NCBI RefSeq assembly: GCF_006345805.1
Contig: NC_042997.1
Location: forward strand, 86,614,001 to 86,678,000
From: Octopus sinensis
Taxonomy: Eukaryota
Direction: 5' to 3'
DNA: 64,000 nt
The notes under the pieces are model-generated. The model did not search any database and was not told the origin of the DNA. It saw only the letters and a program-made list of their open reading frames with translations. The position numbers and the translations under genes are program-made. This document shows, one piece after another, positions 22,174-34,019 of this stretch; position 1 is the stretch's first letter, and the number at the start of each line of letters is the position of its first letter.

Positions 22174-23571
22174 TATGATATAATGGAGAAACCAATCATT
22201 TGTATTTTAGCCCCAGATAACTGCAATTAATCAGACATATGATTAAAGGAATTGCAATATTACCAACTCTTTGAGATATTATCCAATGTCATCCCTTTTT
22301 TATGCTGTAGAGTGTTATTTTGTGGGATATTTGGGTACTATTTCTAGCAGGATGAGCAATCACATAGAGGTTATGTCATGATGAATGGAAATCATTAGTA
22401 GAAAGGTTTCATATCAGACATATCGCAAGAGCTAAGAAAAACAACTTTCACTGAAATTCTGAAGGATGAAAAATAATGGTGCATGACAAGGAATTGGTCT
22501 TTTGTTGAATCTGGATCAGCTTTTCAAAAATTCTGAATAAAGATAGTAAAAGAAACAATTTTCAGTGTGATAAGTTAGGCAACTTGTTTTTTTTTTGGTA
22601 AGAGTACTGTTGCATGTTTCCACAAAACTAAAGAGAGATAAAGGTTAAACTGGTTTTAAAAAGAGTTCAGCTAGGACAGGAGCCCATCTGTTGCAAAAAT
22701 TTGAATTTTGAATATTAGTGGCCAAAGAAGTTGGATAAATGTAAAGAGTATGAGAGAAAGAATCCAAGGGATATTCATACATTCTCAAGTACATGGGGGC
22801 ATGAATATACAGAAGGGAATTTGAAATAAAACACAAGGTAAATATGGGAGCTTTGTTTCTAATTAATTCTATATATATATATATAATTGTTTATATATAT
22901 ATATATATATATATATAAAAACTGTCTGGATTGTAGGAATGATGTCAGACCATTTAGCAAATTTAAGCTAAAATTCCTTTTGATCTTAGTGTGAAAGAGG
23001 AACTAGTCCAGTTCTTTTTATGGTCATTTTTTGCTGGAGTTTCATCTGTTGGTTTCTTTTTTCAATTATATTGTAGCTCAAATTCAGTCTTGGTCTAAAA
23101 CAAACCTATGATAAAATTATCCAGCCATGAAACTTTTAGGAGTATCCAGGAATGCATCATCCAATGTGTCATTTCTTGTTTAAGGCTATGAGATTTGAGA
23201 CAAGGAAGATTTGGCTGCTATTTCTTTCTAGCTGAATGACTATTTAAGGATAGTGTGTGATTCCGTCTAGGTATTACACACTCATGGAGCTGTTGGATCA
23301 TATGGATTTTATATGGTGGATTGTTGTAAAGATTGTCACACTTTTGATTCTCTTTGAAACATATTTGCTGCCATAACTAAGATTTATTAAAGAGTTTTTA
23401 TGAATGTCCTAAGAGTGTCAGAATTATCAATATTTTGATGTAAAATGAGATTCAATGATCAGATGGTCTTACACCTTGAGAAATTCTAAGTAAAACAAAA
23501 ATTAAATGTATGTTTCTCTATAATCTAATTTCTACTTTTTTAGCTAACATAATTTTTATCATATTTTAAAG

Positions 23572-23686
23572 GTATGGCACTCCTGAAGAATGCGCTAACG
23601 TCGTGTCATTTTTGGTGTCTGAAGAGGCTAGCTACATAACAGGTGAAACATTCAAAGTGACAGGAGGAATGATGTCATCACTCTGA
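23572..23686 (+). CDS. DHRS4: DHRS4-like exon 9 (YGTPEECANVVSFLVSEEASYITGETFKVTGGMMSSL*)
   Basis: taaag acceptor; SYITGE motif; TGA at 23684-23686. The nine exons sum to 756 nt = 251 aa + stop. Confidence 0.95.
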
Positions 23687-24441
23687 TAGTTTACTGACAA
23701 TTATAAGAATAATATATGCAAGAAAAAGTTTGTCTACAAATGATTATTTTATATAATTATGCCTTTTCCAGAAAAAAGTAAAAAAATACTTTTTAAAAAA
23801 ATTATATTTATTTTTCCTTAATCATGAAAGATTTAAAGTAAAATATCAAAAGCCAATCTTTTGAATCAGTTTTCATTGTTGTTTTTATTGGGTAGTACCA
23901 GCTGAACTCTGACACAGCAGACTTATGATCAGGTGTTCTGACTGTGAATATATTTGTTTTTTTTTTTCATATCTATAACTATATTGTTTAATTTATTCTT
24001 CATTTTTTTTTTAGACTAAGATGTGACAGAAAAATTTAGCAGCTATTTATATGAGGACAAATGACTACATAAGGGTTCTCTTCATTGGCTCAATCTTTCA
24101 TTTTAAATACAGAAGTGTAATTGCTGAGTAGGTAACACAATATCCATGTATAAGTAAGGCTATAACATCTCCCCACTTTTGCATATTAGTTGATCTACCT
24201 CTACTTGTTGCTTAGTAAAGTGTGCTAATGAGTTACTTCACACAGACATAGCTTTGTGGTTAGGAAGTTTGCTTCATGACTAGATTGTTTTGGGTTTGGT
24301 TCCTTTGCCTAGCATCCTTTAACATCCATTTTCCATGCTAGCATGGGTTGGGTGGTTTGACAGGAGCTGACAAACCAGAAGATTGCAACAGGCTCCACTG
24401 TCTGTTTTGGCATGGTTTTTATGACTGGATGCCTTTGTTAA

Positions 24442-24661
24442 CCCTTTCATTACTGTATTTATTTTGAGATACTCTGGTTTTCTTTCAATTACTTTAAATA
24501 TAACAAAGAATTTAGTAAAATAACTTAGTGATCATTCAGCTAGTGTTAGGAACATAAATTGTGTCTAAGGTTTGGTGGAAGATTTTAATTCAAAACTTAT
24601 GAAAATGAGACATTTGTACTTAGAGCCAGAGCCGGTTTCAGCCGGGTTGGTATCGAAAGGG
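24442..24661. mobile_element. piggyBac-type MITE (second family) nested in a family D copy
   Basis: TTAA|CCCTTTC ... GAAAGGG|TTAA; TTAA at 24438-24441 and 24662-24665; interrupts ggatgccttt..tgccaac of family D. Confidence 0.75.
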
Positions 24662-26046
24662 TTAATGCCAACACCTTACAAAGTGGACTGAGTGCTTTTT
24701 ACATGGCACCAGCATCAGCAAGGTCCATTGTAGCATGGTGTTTATTGTTGGATGCCCTTAATGCCAACCATTTTGTTTTCTGGTATAGTTCAGGGACAAC
24801 CAATGCCTCAAGTGAATTTGGTAGATGGAAACTGCAGAAAGTTTGAATATGTGTGTGAAACTGTCTGTGAACATTGATTTCCATACTTGTCTTTTCCTGA
24901 GTAAAGTATTGTTAATGATAACACTCCTTGTTGACACTATGATTGGCCAAGGTGTTTTCAAAGACCTTTGGAACAGAAAATACCTTACTTGAAAAAGCCT
25001 AGGTGCCAGGAAGAGTATCTCATTCTAAAACAAGTGTCAAATAACTCTCCTGTATGACCTTTGTTAGCATAGAAGAAAAAAAATCATGTTAAAACGAATA
25101 AACATATACAAACTAATATAGATTGAAAAGTGAGAGTATTCTACCATTAATAAAAAGTAACTAAATATAAATGATTGCATGTATTGTGTACAATAATGCA
25201 ATAGAATTATAGTCTTAAGTCTTTTGGGGCTCAAATCAGTGACATAAGTTGAGCTATATCACATTTTAAGCAGCATGTAGTTTCCAAAAGTTGTCAATGA
25301 TCTGGAGCAGGATGGAATAATACAGACTCTCGGGGTGATCCAACCAGTTAAGGGTTAGGGTTTTATATATATAAATAAAGGTATTCAAGAAATTCAGAAC
25401 AGGATTACTTTTCAAACTCAAAAATCGTTCCACATTCCTGTCTAAAGAGATATTAAAAAGAAAAAAGCTAAAACAAGAATGATTTTAAAAAATATGATAC
25501 ATAAGACAAAATACTCAATAAGTGTTATTTATTGAATTGATAAAGAAGATTTCTAAACAAATGTCCTATGTCCCCGACGTCTCATATTCATTCATTCATT
25601 TTAGAATGGACAGTTACCAGGAAACTCATAGTAGCAAGGGGTGTAGTGATGGTGGTAGTAGTAGTAGTAGTAGCAGCAGGAAGAAGAAAAGTGATAGTAT
25701 AATAAAAAATAAAGGCTCTCTGCTACCAACTTTGGAGATCATAGAATAAATTACAGGTATAAAAGAATTTTAAACACCAAGAACATGAGAGAGAGAGTGA
25801 GAGTGGAAATAAAAAGGTTTTGTAATGAAATAAATTTCTGAATAGAAGGTACTGATATTTTAAAATAAAACCTAGGATTTTGAAGAAATGAGAAAATATA
25901 TGGTATTAAAGTAAATATGGTAACAACTGATTGTTGCAAACTCACAACAGGGAAGCAAACCAGCAGCATTATTCAAATAAGGATATGAACATCATTAGAA
26001 GTTCTAAATAGTTTGTGAAGTAGATAAGGTGTTACTTTATAACTAT

Positions 26047-26078
<32 letters not shown>

Positions 26079-27358
26079 GATATATAATAAAAATTTATAG
26101 AATAGAAATGTTAAATGAGCAATCAGAACTAGTAAAATGTAAAAAAATAAATGCCTGCTTTTGTTTCTTCAGCAAGAATGTATGTGTGAGTGAGTGTCAA
26201 ACAAATGGTCTTCTAGCTGGCTGAATGCAAAAAGCAGGAACGTGGAACAGTAACTTAGCATATATAATAAAAGGCTGTATTATCAACACCAGATATGCAT
26301 TTATTATTATTTATGTATATATACATACATATATAAAAGATATATTCTTGGAACATGTGCTAACAGAAAATGAAAATATATTGTTATTATCAATATTATT
26401 GCCGAGGGAAATATCAAGATAGCGGAGACTGAATTTAAAAGGAAATAATCAGATTTCTTTTAAAATTCATTTATTGAGAAAAAGGGAGAGAGTGAAAGAT
26501 CTAGTCCATTAGGTGAAGGGATGAGATAGCAGTTATAGAACCTACATTAACAAACAATGCAGCATATGGGCATGAGAATTATTTGATGTACTGACAGCAA
26601 ATACAGTGGATAGGAGCTTTATTTGATATTTCTTCAGAAACAGGTATACAAAAGACATGAATTGCAATGAGTACTTGTAGTAGTCATAAGAGTTGCAACA
26701 GGAATATTAGCTGTCAAAGTAAGAGCAAACATTGGGGTGGAGAGGACAAAAGGTAAAAAAAAAAAAAACTTACATGTAGTTTCAGTAAAAACGTTCAAAA
26801 CATCCCCTTTTCACCATTTTATTTATCATTTTCATTTATAACATGCTTTCCACATTTTATTTTATTTATTTATTTTCACTCACATTTCTTGATATATGGC
26901 ATTTTCTTTTGCTTTTTTTAAATGTATATTTCTATGTTTGCATATATCTCAGAGCTGTTTGTGTGTATATGTGTGCACACCCAAACACACATTTCTTAAT
27001 GATTTCACATTATCATCATCATCATCATCATATTTAAATTTTTTTTTTTAAATATTTTTTTCTGTTACTTTAAATTTTTGCTCTGCATTTGCATTATTTC
27101 CACTGCAGATAGTTTAAAAAGAGCACTTACAAGTCATTATGAATGAAATTGAGTTCCACTCTGCACCTTTGAAATTTCATCAGCCACAGTAACAACTTAG
27201 TGGAATTTTATTTTCCTTTTTATTTTGCCCCCTTTTCATTAATTTTCATTATACTTCTTCCCAGCTTCCTCTTTGACAGAAGTACAGCTTAAAAGTCTAA
27301 GCCAGAATAATTTGTTTCAAGAAAAATGTTTTCCATTTCAAATATTTAAATTAGCTAA

Positions 27359-27395
<37 letters not shown>

Positions 27396-27797
27396 TGTAT
27401 GTATGTAAAACTAAAGGTGACCCTAGCATATGGTAGTAAACCATAGCAGAAATGTTGGTTAGACAACCACATTGTGCCAAGTGCACTCAATAGCATTAAT
27501 ATTAACCACTTGTAGTAGAAAAGCTTTGATATTAGCAGAATTTTTCACAACCCTAATAGTTGTAAGAAATGGTTGTGAGCAGCTAAAAGGCCAAAAGCAG
27601 CCAGCCATTATCAACAAAAGAAAGGAATTGTAATTCTGGCGAGAAAGGAGAGAAGAAGATTAAGTCATACATAGCCAATTTCTATGGTCTTGTGGCAAAT
27701 GATTAAAATAATAATAGCAGGTCTGTTGGTTGTGCTAGCAACTCTTAGTTCCATTTTAGTTGATGTGGTGATGGCAACAGGCTTACAAAGTCTCACG

Positions 27798-27856
27798 TTA
27801 TTCAGCCCACATAGTGAGTACTGACAACTCATCCTCTTCCTCTTTTGCTTTCTGGC
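27798..27856 (-). CDS. CHMP4: CHMP4 last exon (SQKAKEEEDELSVLTMWAE*)
   Basis: ttttacag acceptor, in frame with the previous exon, TAA at 27800-27798; LxxLxxW matches the CHMP4 C-terminal ALIX-Bro1-binding helix. Confidence 0.9.
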
Positions 27857-28665
27857 CTGTAAAATAAAGTAAAACAATGAAACATGTAAAACTGGTCATT
27901 TTTCATCTTCAAATGTTTTAAAACCATTAATACATACACAAACATGCTTTCTAGGGTACCTGTATCATCAAAAAGGACTATTTTATTTATAGAGAATAAT
28001 ACATCTGTTTAAATGAAATTAAATTTCAAATTCTTTTGTGTCTATGGAAAACAGCAGGTTGCAAACTACATAATATATTCTGCGTGTGTGTGTGGGTATA
28101 TACATACTGAAAGGTAATATTTATCCCCACTTAAAAGATGTTCTGTTAGAACAAACTATATATACTGTGGTGGTTATCAGTAGAGAAATTCTCATACACC
28201 TCCTCAACTTATGTTTGAGTTCTGTTCCAAATGACAGTACATAAGTCATTTTGATTGTGTGTTGGATTCACATTTTTCAACAATTTTCATTCAAATGCAA
28301 CTGATGTTTCAAAGTGACTGAGTATGAGACAGTGGCAGGCAGTAAATGCCCGGGTTTGAGGGAGGTCTGCATTACCAGATGCTGCCAGACGTCTGAAAAT
28401 CAATTTTATATTTCATTATTTCATGTTGTCATAAATGTGGAGGGTAGTAGATTGAGGTGTATTAGCTTTTGGTACAAAAGGCACTCTTGTTTATACTGCT
28501 TGCAGGAAGATAAATCCTCACCATCTCCGCTGCATTTTGCATGAAAAGCTAGAGACAGCGTCTCTCACAGTAACAACTGCAGTATAGTTTGTTTGAACAG
28601 AACATCATGTCTAAATGGGGATAAATTTTACCTCTTGGTATTAGTACTGCTCACTGGCACTATTA

Positions 28666-29237
28666 CTCTTTTACTTGCTTCAGTCATTTGACTGTGGCCA
28701 TGCTGGAGCACCACCTTTAGTCGAGTAAATCGACCCCAGTACTTATTCTTTGTAAACCTATTTCTTTATTACCCACAAGGGGCTAAACACAGAGGGGACA
28801 AACAAGGACAGACATAGGTATTAAGTCGATTACATCGATCCCAGTGCGTAACTGGTACTTAATTTATCGACCCTGAAAGGATGAAAGGCAAAATCGACCT
28901 CGGCGGAATTCGAACTCACAACGTAACGCAGACGAAATACCTCTAAGCATTTCGCCCGGCGTGCTAATGTTTCTGCCAGCTTTGTAAACCGAGTACTTAT
29001 TCTATTGGTCTATTTTGTCAAACCGCTAAGTTGCAGGGACGTAAACACAAACACACACATATATAAATATATACGACGGGCTTCTTTCAGTTTCTGTCTA
29101 CCAAATCCACTCACAAGGCTTTGGGTCTGCCTGAGGCTATAGTAGAAGATACTTGCCCAAGGTGCCATGCAGTGGGACTGAACCCGGAACCATGTGGTTG
29201 GTAAGCAAGCTACTTACCACACAGCCACTCCTGCGCC
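28666..29237 (-). mobile_element. Family A SINE interrupted by a family B SINE
   Basis: A tail at 28666, head ending at 29237; insertion between. Confidence 0.85.
28759..28979 (-). mobile_element. Young family B SINE with an 11-bp TSD
   Basis: TSD ctttgtaaacc at 28748-28758 and 28980-28990; CpG-rich. Confidence 0.88.
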
Positions 29238-29252
29238 TGGCTACTTACCACT

Positions 29253-29868
29253 TTTATTCTTTTACTTGTTTCAGTCATTTGACCGCTGCCATGCTGGAGC
29301 ACCACCTTTAATCAAAGAAATCGACCCCAGGACTTATTCTTTAGGTCTATTTTGCCGAACTGCTAAGTTAAGGGGATGTAAACACACCAACATTGGTTCT
29401 CAAGCAATGGTAGGGGCACAAAGACAGATATACACATACACACTAATACACACACACATATATATATATGATGGGCTTCTTTCAGTTTCTGTTTATCAAA
29501 TCCACCCACAAGACTGGTCAGCCCCAGAACCATGTGGTTGGGAAGCAAGCAACTTACCAACCACATGGTTCTGGGTTCAGTCCCACTGCGTGACACCTTG
29601 GGCAAGTGCCCTCTACAATAGCCACGGGCCGACCAAGTTCTTGCGAGTCAATTTGGTAGACAAAGTGAAAGAAGCTCCTCATATATATATATATCTGTGT
29701 GTGTGTGGGTGCATGTCCACCATTGCTTGACAACCGATAATGGTGTATTTGAAACTGAAAGAATAAGTACGAGGCTTACAAAGAACAAGTCCTTGGGGTG
29801 ATTTGTTCAACTAAAGGTGGTGCTCCAGCATGGCCACAGATTAATGACTGGAATGAATAAAAGAATGA
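29253..29868. mobile_element. Head-to-head pair of family A SINEs
   Basis: Minus copy about 29253-29541 and plus copy about 29557-29868; perfect 19-bp stem 29523-29541/29557-29575. Confidence 0.8.
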
Positions 29869-29869
29869 A

Positions 29870-29883
29870 CTATATATACATAC

Positions 29884-29946
<63 letters not shown>

Positions 29947-30159
29947 TATACTTTATTTAAAGCAGCAGAAAATTCAACAAAACCTGTTACTCTGAGTTTC
30001 ACGTTGCCGTTCATCGGACAGTTTTTGCTAGAATACTATACATATATATACATACACACACATACATATATATACATATATACATACATATATATATATA
30101 TATACACATATATATACATATATATATACATATATACATATATATACATACATATATAC

Positions 30160-30214
<55 letters not shown>

Positions 30215-30296
30215 ATATATACATATATACATATATATATATATACATATATATACATATATATATACATATATATACATATATACATACATATAT

Positions 30297-30331
<35 letters not shown>

Positions 30332-30372
30332 CATACATGCACACACACACACATACATACATACATATACAT
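29870..30372. repeat. Long (TA)/(TACA) microsatellite
   Basis: Directly visible. Confidence 0.95.
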
Positions 30373-30377
30373 CCCAT

Positions 30378-30688
30378 ATCATCATCGTTTAACATTTGCT
30401 TACCATGCTAGCATGAGTTGGATGGTTTGACTGAGGACTGGTGAGCTAGATGCTGCACCAGGCTCAATCTGGCCTGGCAGAGTTACTATAGCTGGATGCC
30501 CTTCCTAACGCCAACCACTCCGAGAGTGTAGTGGTTGCTCTTTACGTGCTACTGGCAAGAGGGCCAATCGGGTGGTTCTGGCAACGACTATGCTCATGCT
30601 CAAAAGGTGTCTTTATGTGCTACCTGCATGGGAACCAGTCCTGTGGCACTGGCAATGACCACACTCGAATGTTGTTTTTCACGTGCCA
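30378..30688 (-). mobile_element. Family D copy
   Basis: catcatcgtttaac..ccatgctagcatg..ggatgcccttcctaacgccaaccactccgagagtg on + (element on -). Confidence 0.75.
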
Positions 30689-30692
30689 TACA

Positions 30693-30756
<64 letters not shown>

Positions 30757-30759
<3 letters not shown>

Positions 30760-31085
30760 GCACTCCATCGATTATGACGACGAGGGTTCCAGTTGATCCG
30801 ATCAATGGAACAGCTTGCTTGTGAAATTAACGTGCAAGTGGCTGAGCACTCCACAGACATATCTATCCTTAACATAGTTCTCGGGGTGATTCAGCATGAC
30901 AGAGTGTGACAAGGTTGGCCCTTCGAAATACAGGTACAACAGAAACAGGAAGAAAGAGTGCAGCTGGGTTCACCACCACCCCCTGCCAGAACTTCTAGGA
31001 GCTTTAGGTGTTTTCACTCACAACACCCGGTCTAGGAATCGAAACCGCGAGTCCGCTGCCCTAACCATTGGGCCATTATGCCTCC
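30757..31085 (-). mobile_element. Family F tRNA-derived SINE
   Basis: Reverse complement of the 57320 element (head ggcccaatggttagggcagcggactcgcgg). Confidence 0.78.
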
Positions 31086-31117
31086 ACATATACATACTCA
31101 TATATATATATATACAT

Positions 31118-31159
<42 letters not shown>

Positions 31160-31183
31160 GCATAAATCTATATACATTATATA

Positions 31184-32040
31184 ATAGGTCATCCAGTAAG
31201 TTCTGCCCGATTTTACCTTTTTAAAATTCAATGAAATTTAATAGTATTTTAGAATGTCTAATGGAATTAAAAATTATTTTGATGCATTTGTGTACATTTA
31301 AACTAATTAAATATCTTACAAAATAGAATTAAAATTTCTTTGATTAAAACCCTTTCCAACATGGAAATATCCAAAGAGTATTTAAGGCACATAATACTTT
31401 ATGAGTACAAAAAAGTAAACTCTGCAGCCAAAGCGACTCAAACATACACTCAGTTTATGGGAAAGAATGCTTGAATGAAAGAACTTGCAGAAGGTAGTTT
31501 GCAAAATTCAGAAGTGGAGATTTCAGCCTTGAAGATGAAGATCGAACAGGACGTCCAGTTGACTTTGATAAGCTTCTTGAGGCATTAATTGAAGAAAATC
31601 CTGCATTATCAGTTGAAGAATTGGCAATAAAGCTTAGTTCAAACCATACAACTGTTCATCGTCCTCTTCAACAACTTGGAAAGGTTCCTAAACTTGGAAA
31701 ATGGATGCCTCATGAATTGTCCGAAAGCAACTGCAAATCCTGAGTTGACATCTGCCCTTCTCTCCATTCTCACGAACTCATGTCGCCCTTTTTGGATAGA
31801 CTTGTGATGAAAAATGGAGCTTCTATTGAAATGTTAAATGTCGTAAACAGTGGCTTGGTAAAAAGGAAAAAGCTCAACCACAACCAAGAAGGGAATTTCA
31901 TGGAAAAAAGTTTCTTTCTATCTGGTGGGATTGCAAAGGAGTAATTCACTTTGAATTATTACCACCTAATGCAACAATCAATGCTCAAGTCTACTGTCAG
32001 CATTTAGAGTGTTTGAACCCAGCTTTGAAGAAAAAAAAAT
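31184..32040 (+). mobile_element. 3'-truncated, degenerate mariner (Hsmar1/Mos1-like transposase)
   Basis: TA|ataggtcatccagtaagttctgcccgatttt left TIR; ATG 31361 MEISKEYLRHIILYEY..FAKFRSGDFSLEDEDRTGRP..KWMPHEL..DEKW..IWWDCKGVIHFELLP, with stops and frameshifts; no right TIR seen. Confidence 0.85.
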
Positions 32041-32798
32041 GGTTAAATCAAAAGTGTCTTGTGATATTTTTGGCAAGTGATTTAGTGTTTGGGAATAGTG
32101 CCCATGCTCTGGGTATGTTTTCTTCCTGAAGCAAGAATTGTTTATGTGCAACTGATTTACAAATAATCATTTACCAACATACCCTAACTACAGGCCCAGA
32201 GATGCACAGCCTCCTCATTGTACCAATTCTATCACTCTTAGAAATGGTTACATTATCATCTTCAGCAAGGACTACTTGATTTTTCTCCTTTCGTAAAACA
32301 ATATACACAGATGTGCATGTGTGTGTGATTGGATTATGTCACACACACACACACCTATGTAAAAGTAATTGGATTATGACCTTTGGACTGGTAATTGAAA
32401 AGCAGGAAGTACACTGCTTAGTATTAGTAACATTTTCTCCTTGAATTCATACCCTAGCTATCTAAATACTAGGATTTCTAACAGCAAATACAGACGATTA
32501 ATACAATACCACATTGACTAGTCTTCTGATTTCAACTATAGTGGTTGAACTGTTATCAGTCAGAGACTGAAGTAACATTTGGCATGAGAGTGTGTTATAG
32601 ATCTTTGTTGAAATGTTCATAGTAACTGCCCATAGAAATAAAATTTGGAGCCTGTGGTTGACTTTAATTTCAGTGCAACTATCAAACACTCTGGTATGTC
32701 ACATAAGCTATTCTTTTCATGATAAAAGCTTATTCTAGTAATTTAAAAAATATATAAATAAGCAACACAAATGAATTGATAAATGGTCAAATTCTTAC

Positions 32799-32931
32799 TG
32801 GAAGCACTAGCCAACTCAGGTTCACCCGTTGGTACTGATGGCAGTTGATCTGTGACAGGTGTTCCAACATTAAGCAATTCACGCTCCAATTCTTCTTGTT
32901 CCAGATCCTCAAGTTCTTGTAATAGTTCATC
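32799..32931 (-). CDS. CHMP4: CHMP4 internal exon (DELLQELEDLEQEELERELLNVGTPVTDQLPSVPTGEPELASAS)
   Basis: ttcttag acceptor, GTAAG donor; DELxxELxxLEQEEL acidic helix and a MIM2-like LPSVP motif; 133 nt. Confidence 0.93.
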
Positions 32932-33024
32932 CTAAGAATCAAAAAACACAAAAAATAACAATGAGATTTCTTAATCATCATAACAAAGCCTTGATTCTGA
33001 GAAGTATTCCTGCTAAAATTAACT

Positions 33025-33400
33025 GTAAACGAATTCTACATGGCAGTGGGCCCTGAATGCAGAGGACATGCAAAGGTTAGAAAGGGATGAGGGTGGTATG
33101 CTGTGCTGGATGTGTAATGTAAGTGTACATGTTTGACAGTGTGCTAGTGTTTTGAGAGAGATGTTAGTCATGTGCAAGAGAGAAGACTGTGCTGGTTTGG
33201 TCATGTGATGCAGATGGATGCTGAAAGCTCCATAAAGAAATGCTGATCTCTCAAAGTAGATAGAACATGAGGATGTGGGAAACCCAGGAAGACATGGGAT
33301 GAAGTACTGAAGAATGACCTCAGGATGTTGAACCTTTCAGACGAGATTACAAAGAACCAAGGTGCCTGGTGCCTTGCTGTACTCAAGAAAACCCATACTC
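33025..33400 (+). mobile_element. RTE LINE ORF2 C-terminal remnant
   Basis: Degenerate LHGS..W.L..EDM.RLE..MLCWMC..ERRLCWFGHV..MD..GKPRKTWDEVLKNDLR..W..AVL.K motifs. Confidence 0.75.
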
Positions 33401-33666
33401 TAGAGAAGAAGTGTTAAGACTGGTCTCTCTGGTGGTGTGAAGCACTCATAGTGGTGCCATGTCTTCTCTCACCAGGACCAGGACTATGGTCATGGTTTAT
33501 TCCTCCCTTTTCCTCTATCATTCTTGGAGACTCTTAAAAGGTTATGGACACTGCTATTGCTCCTTTCAGTAACCCATAAAAACCCATCAAAAGAAATTGG
33601 TGCTAAGACCATGTCCATGAAGTACACGTATATATATATATATATCTATACATCTATATCGTGATA

Positions 33667-34019
33667 TATACTTGCCACCTAACTGTAGCGGTCCCATAAG
33701 TGATGATGCTATTGTTTTTTATAGCTCCAGGAGGACTTCACCTCCAGCTGGCTAACGGGACACCATTGTTCCCATCTCTAGCCTTACATGATACACACAC
33801 CCAGGTTTCTGGGCAGTAACTGGTCATCAGTGTGTGATAATCACCAGCTAGCAATGAGAACTCATTCCAAACGCAAAATACTATATGCTTCTTCCAGCGA
33901 CAAACTTGCTTATCTCAAAAAAGGAGAAACAAGCAATATTAAATCTCTGAGCGAGAAGTAAACAGTAGCAGCATGGAATTGTGAAGTATATTTGCCACCT
34001 AAATGTGGCAGTCCCATAA
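33667..34019. repeat. About 320-bp unit bounded by 33-bp direct repeats
   Basis: tata(c/t)ttgccacctaa(c/a)tgt(a/g)gc(g/a)gtcccataa at 33667-33699 and 33987-34019 (29/33 identical). Confidence 0.7.

Noticed and set aside
33674-33761. HDV-like or twister ribozyme
   Set aside because: Only P2, P4 and J4/2-like parts fit; P1, L3 and P1.1 do not, and the twister P4/P1 partners are missing. Kept only as an unclassified structured repeat.
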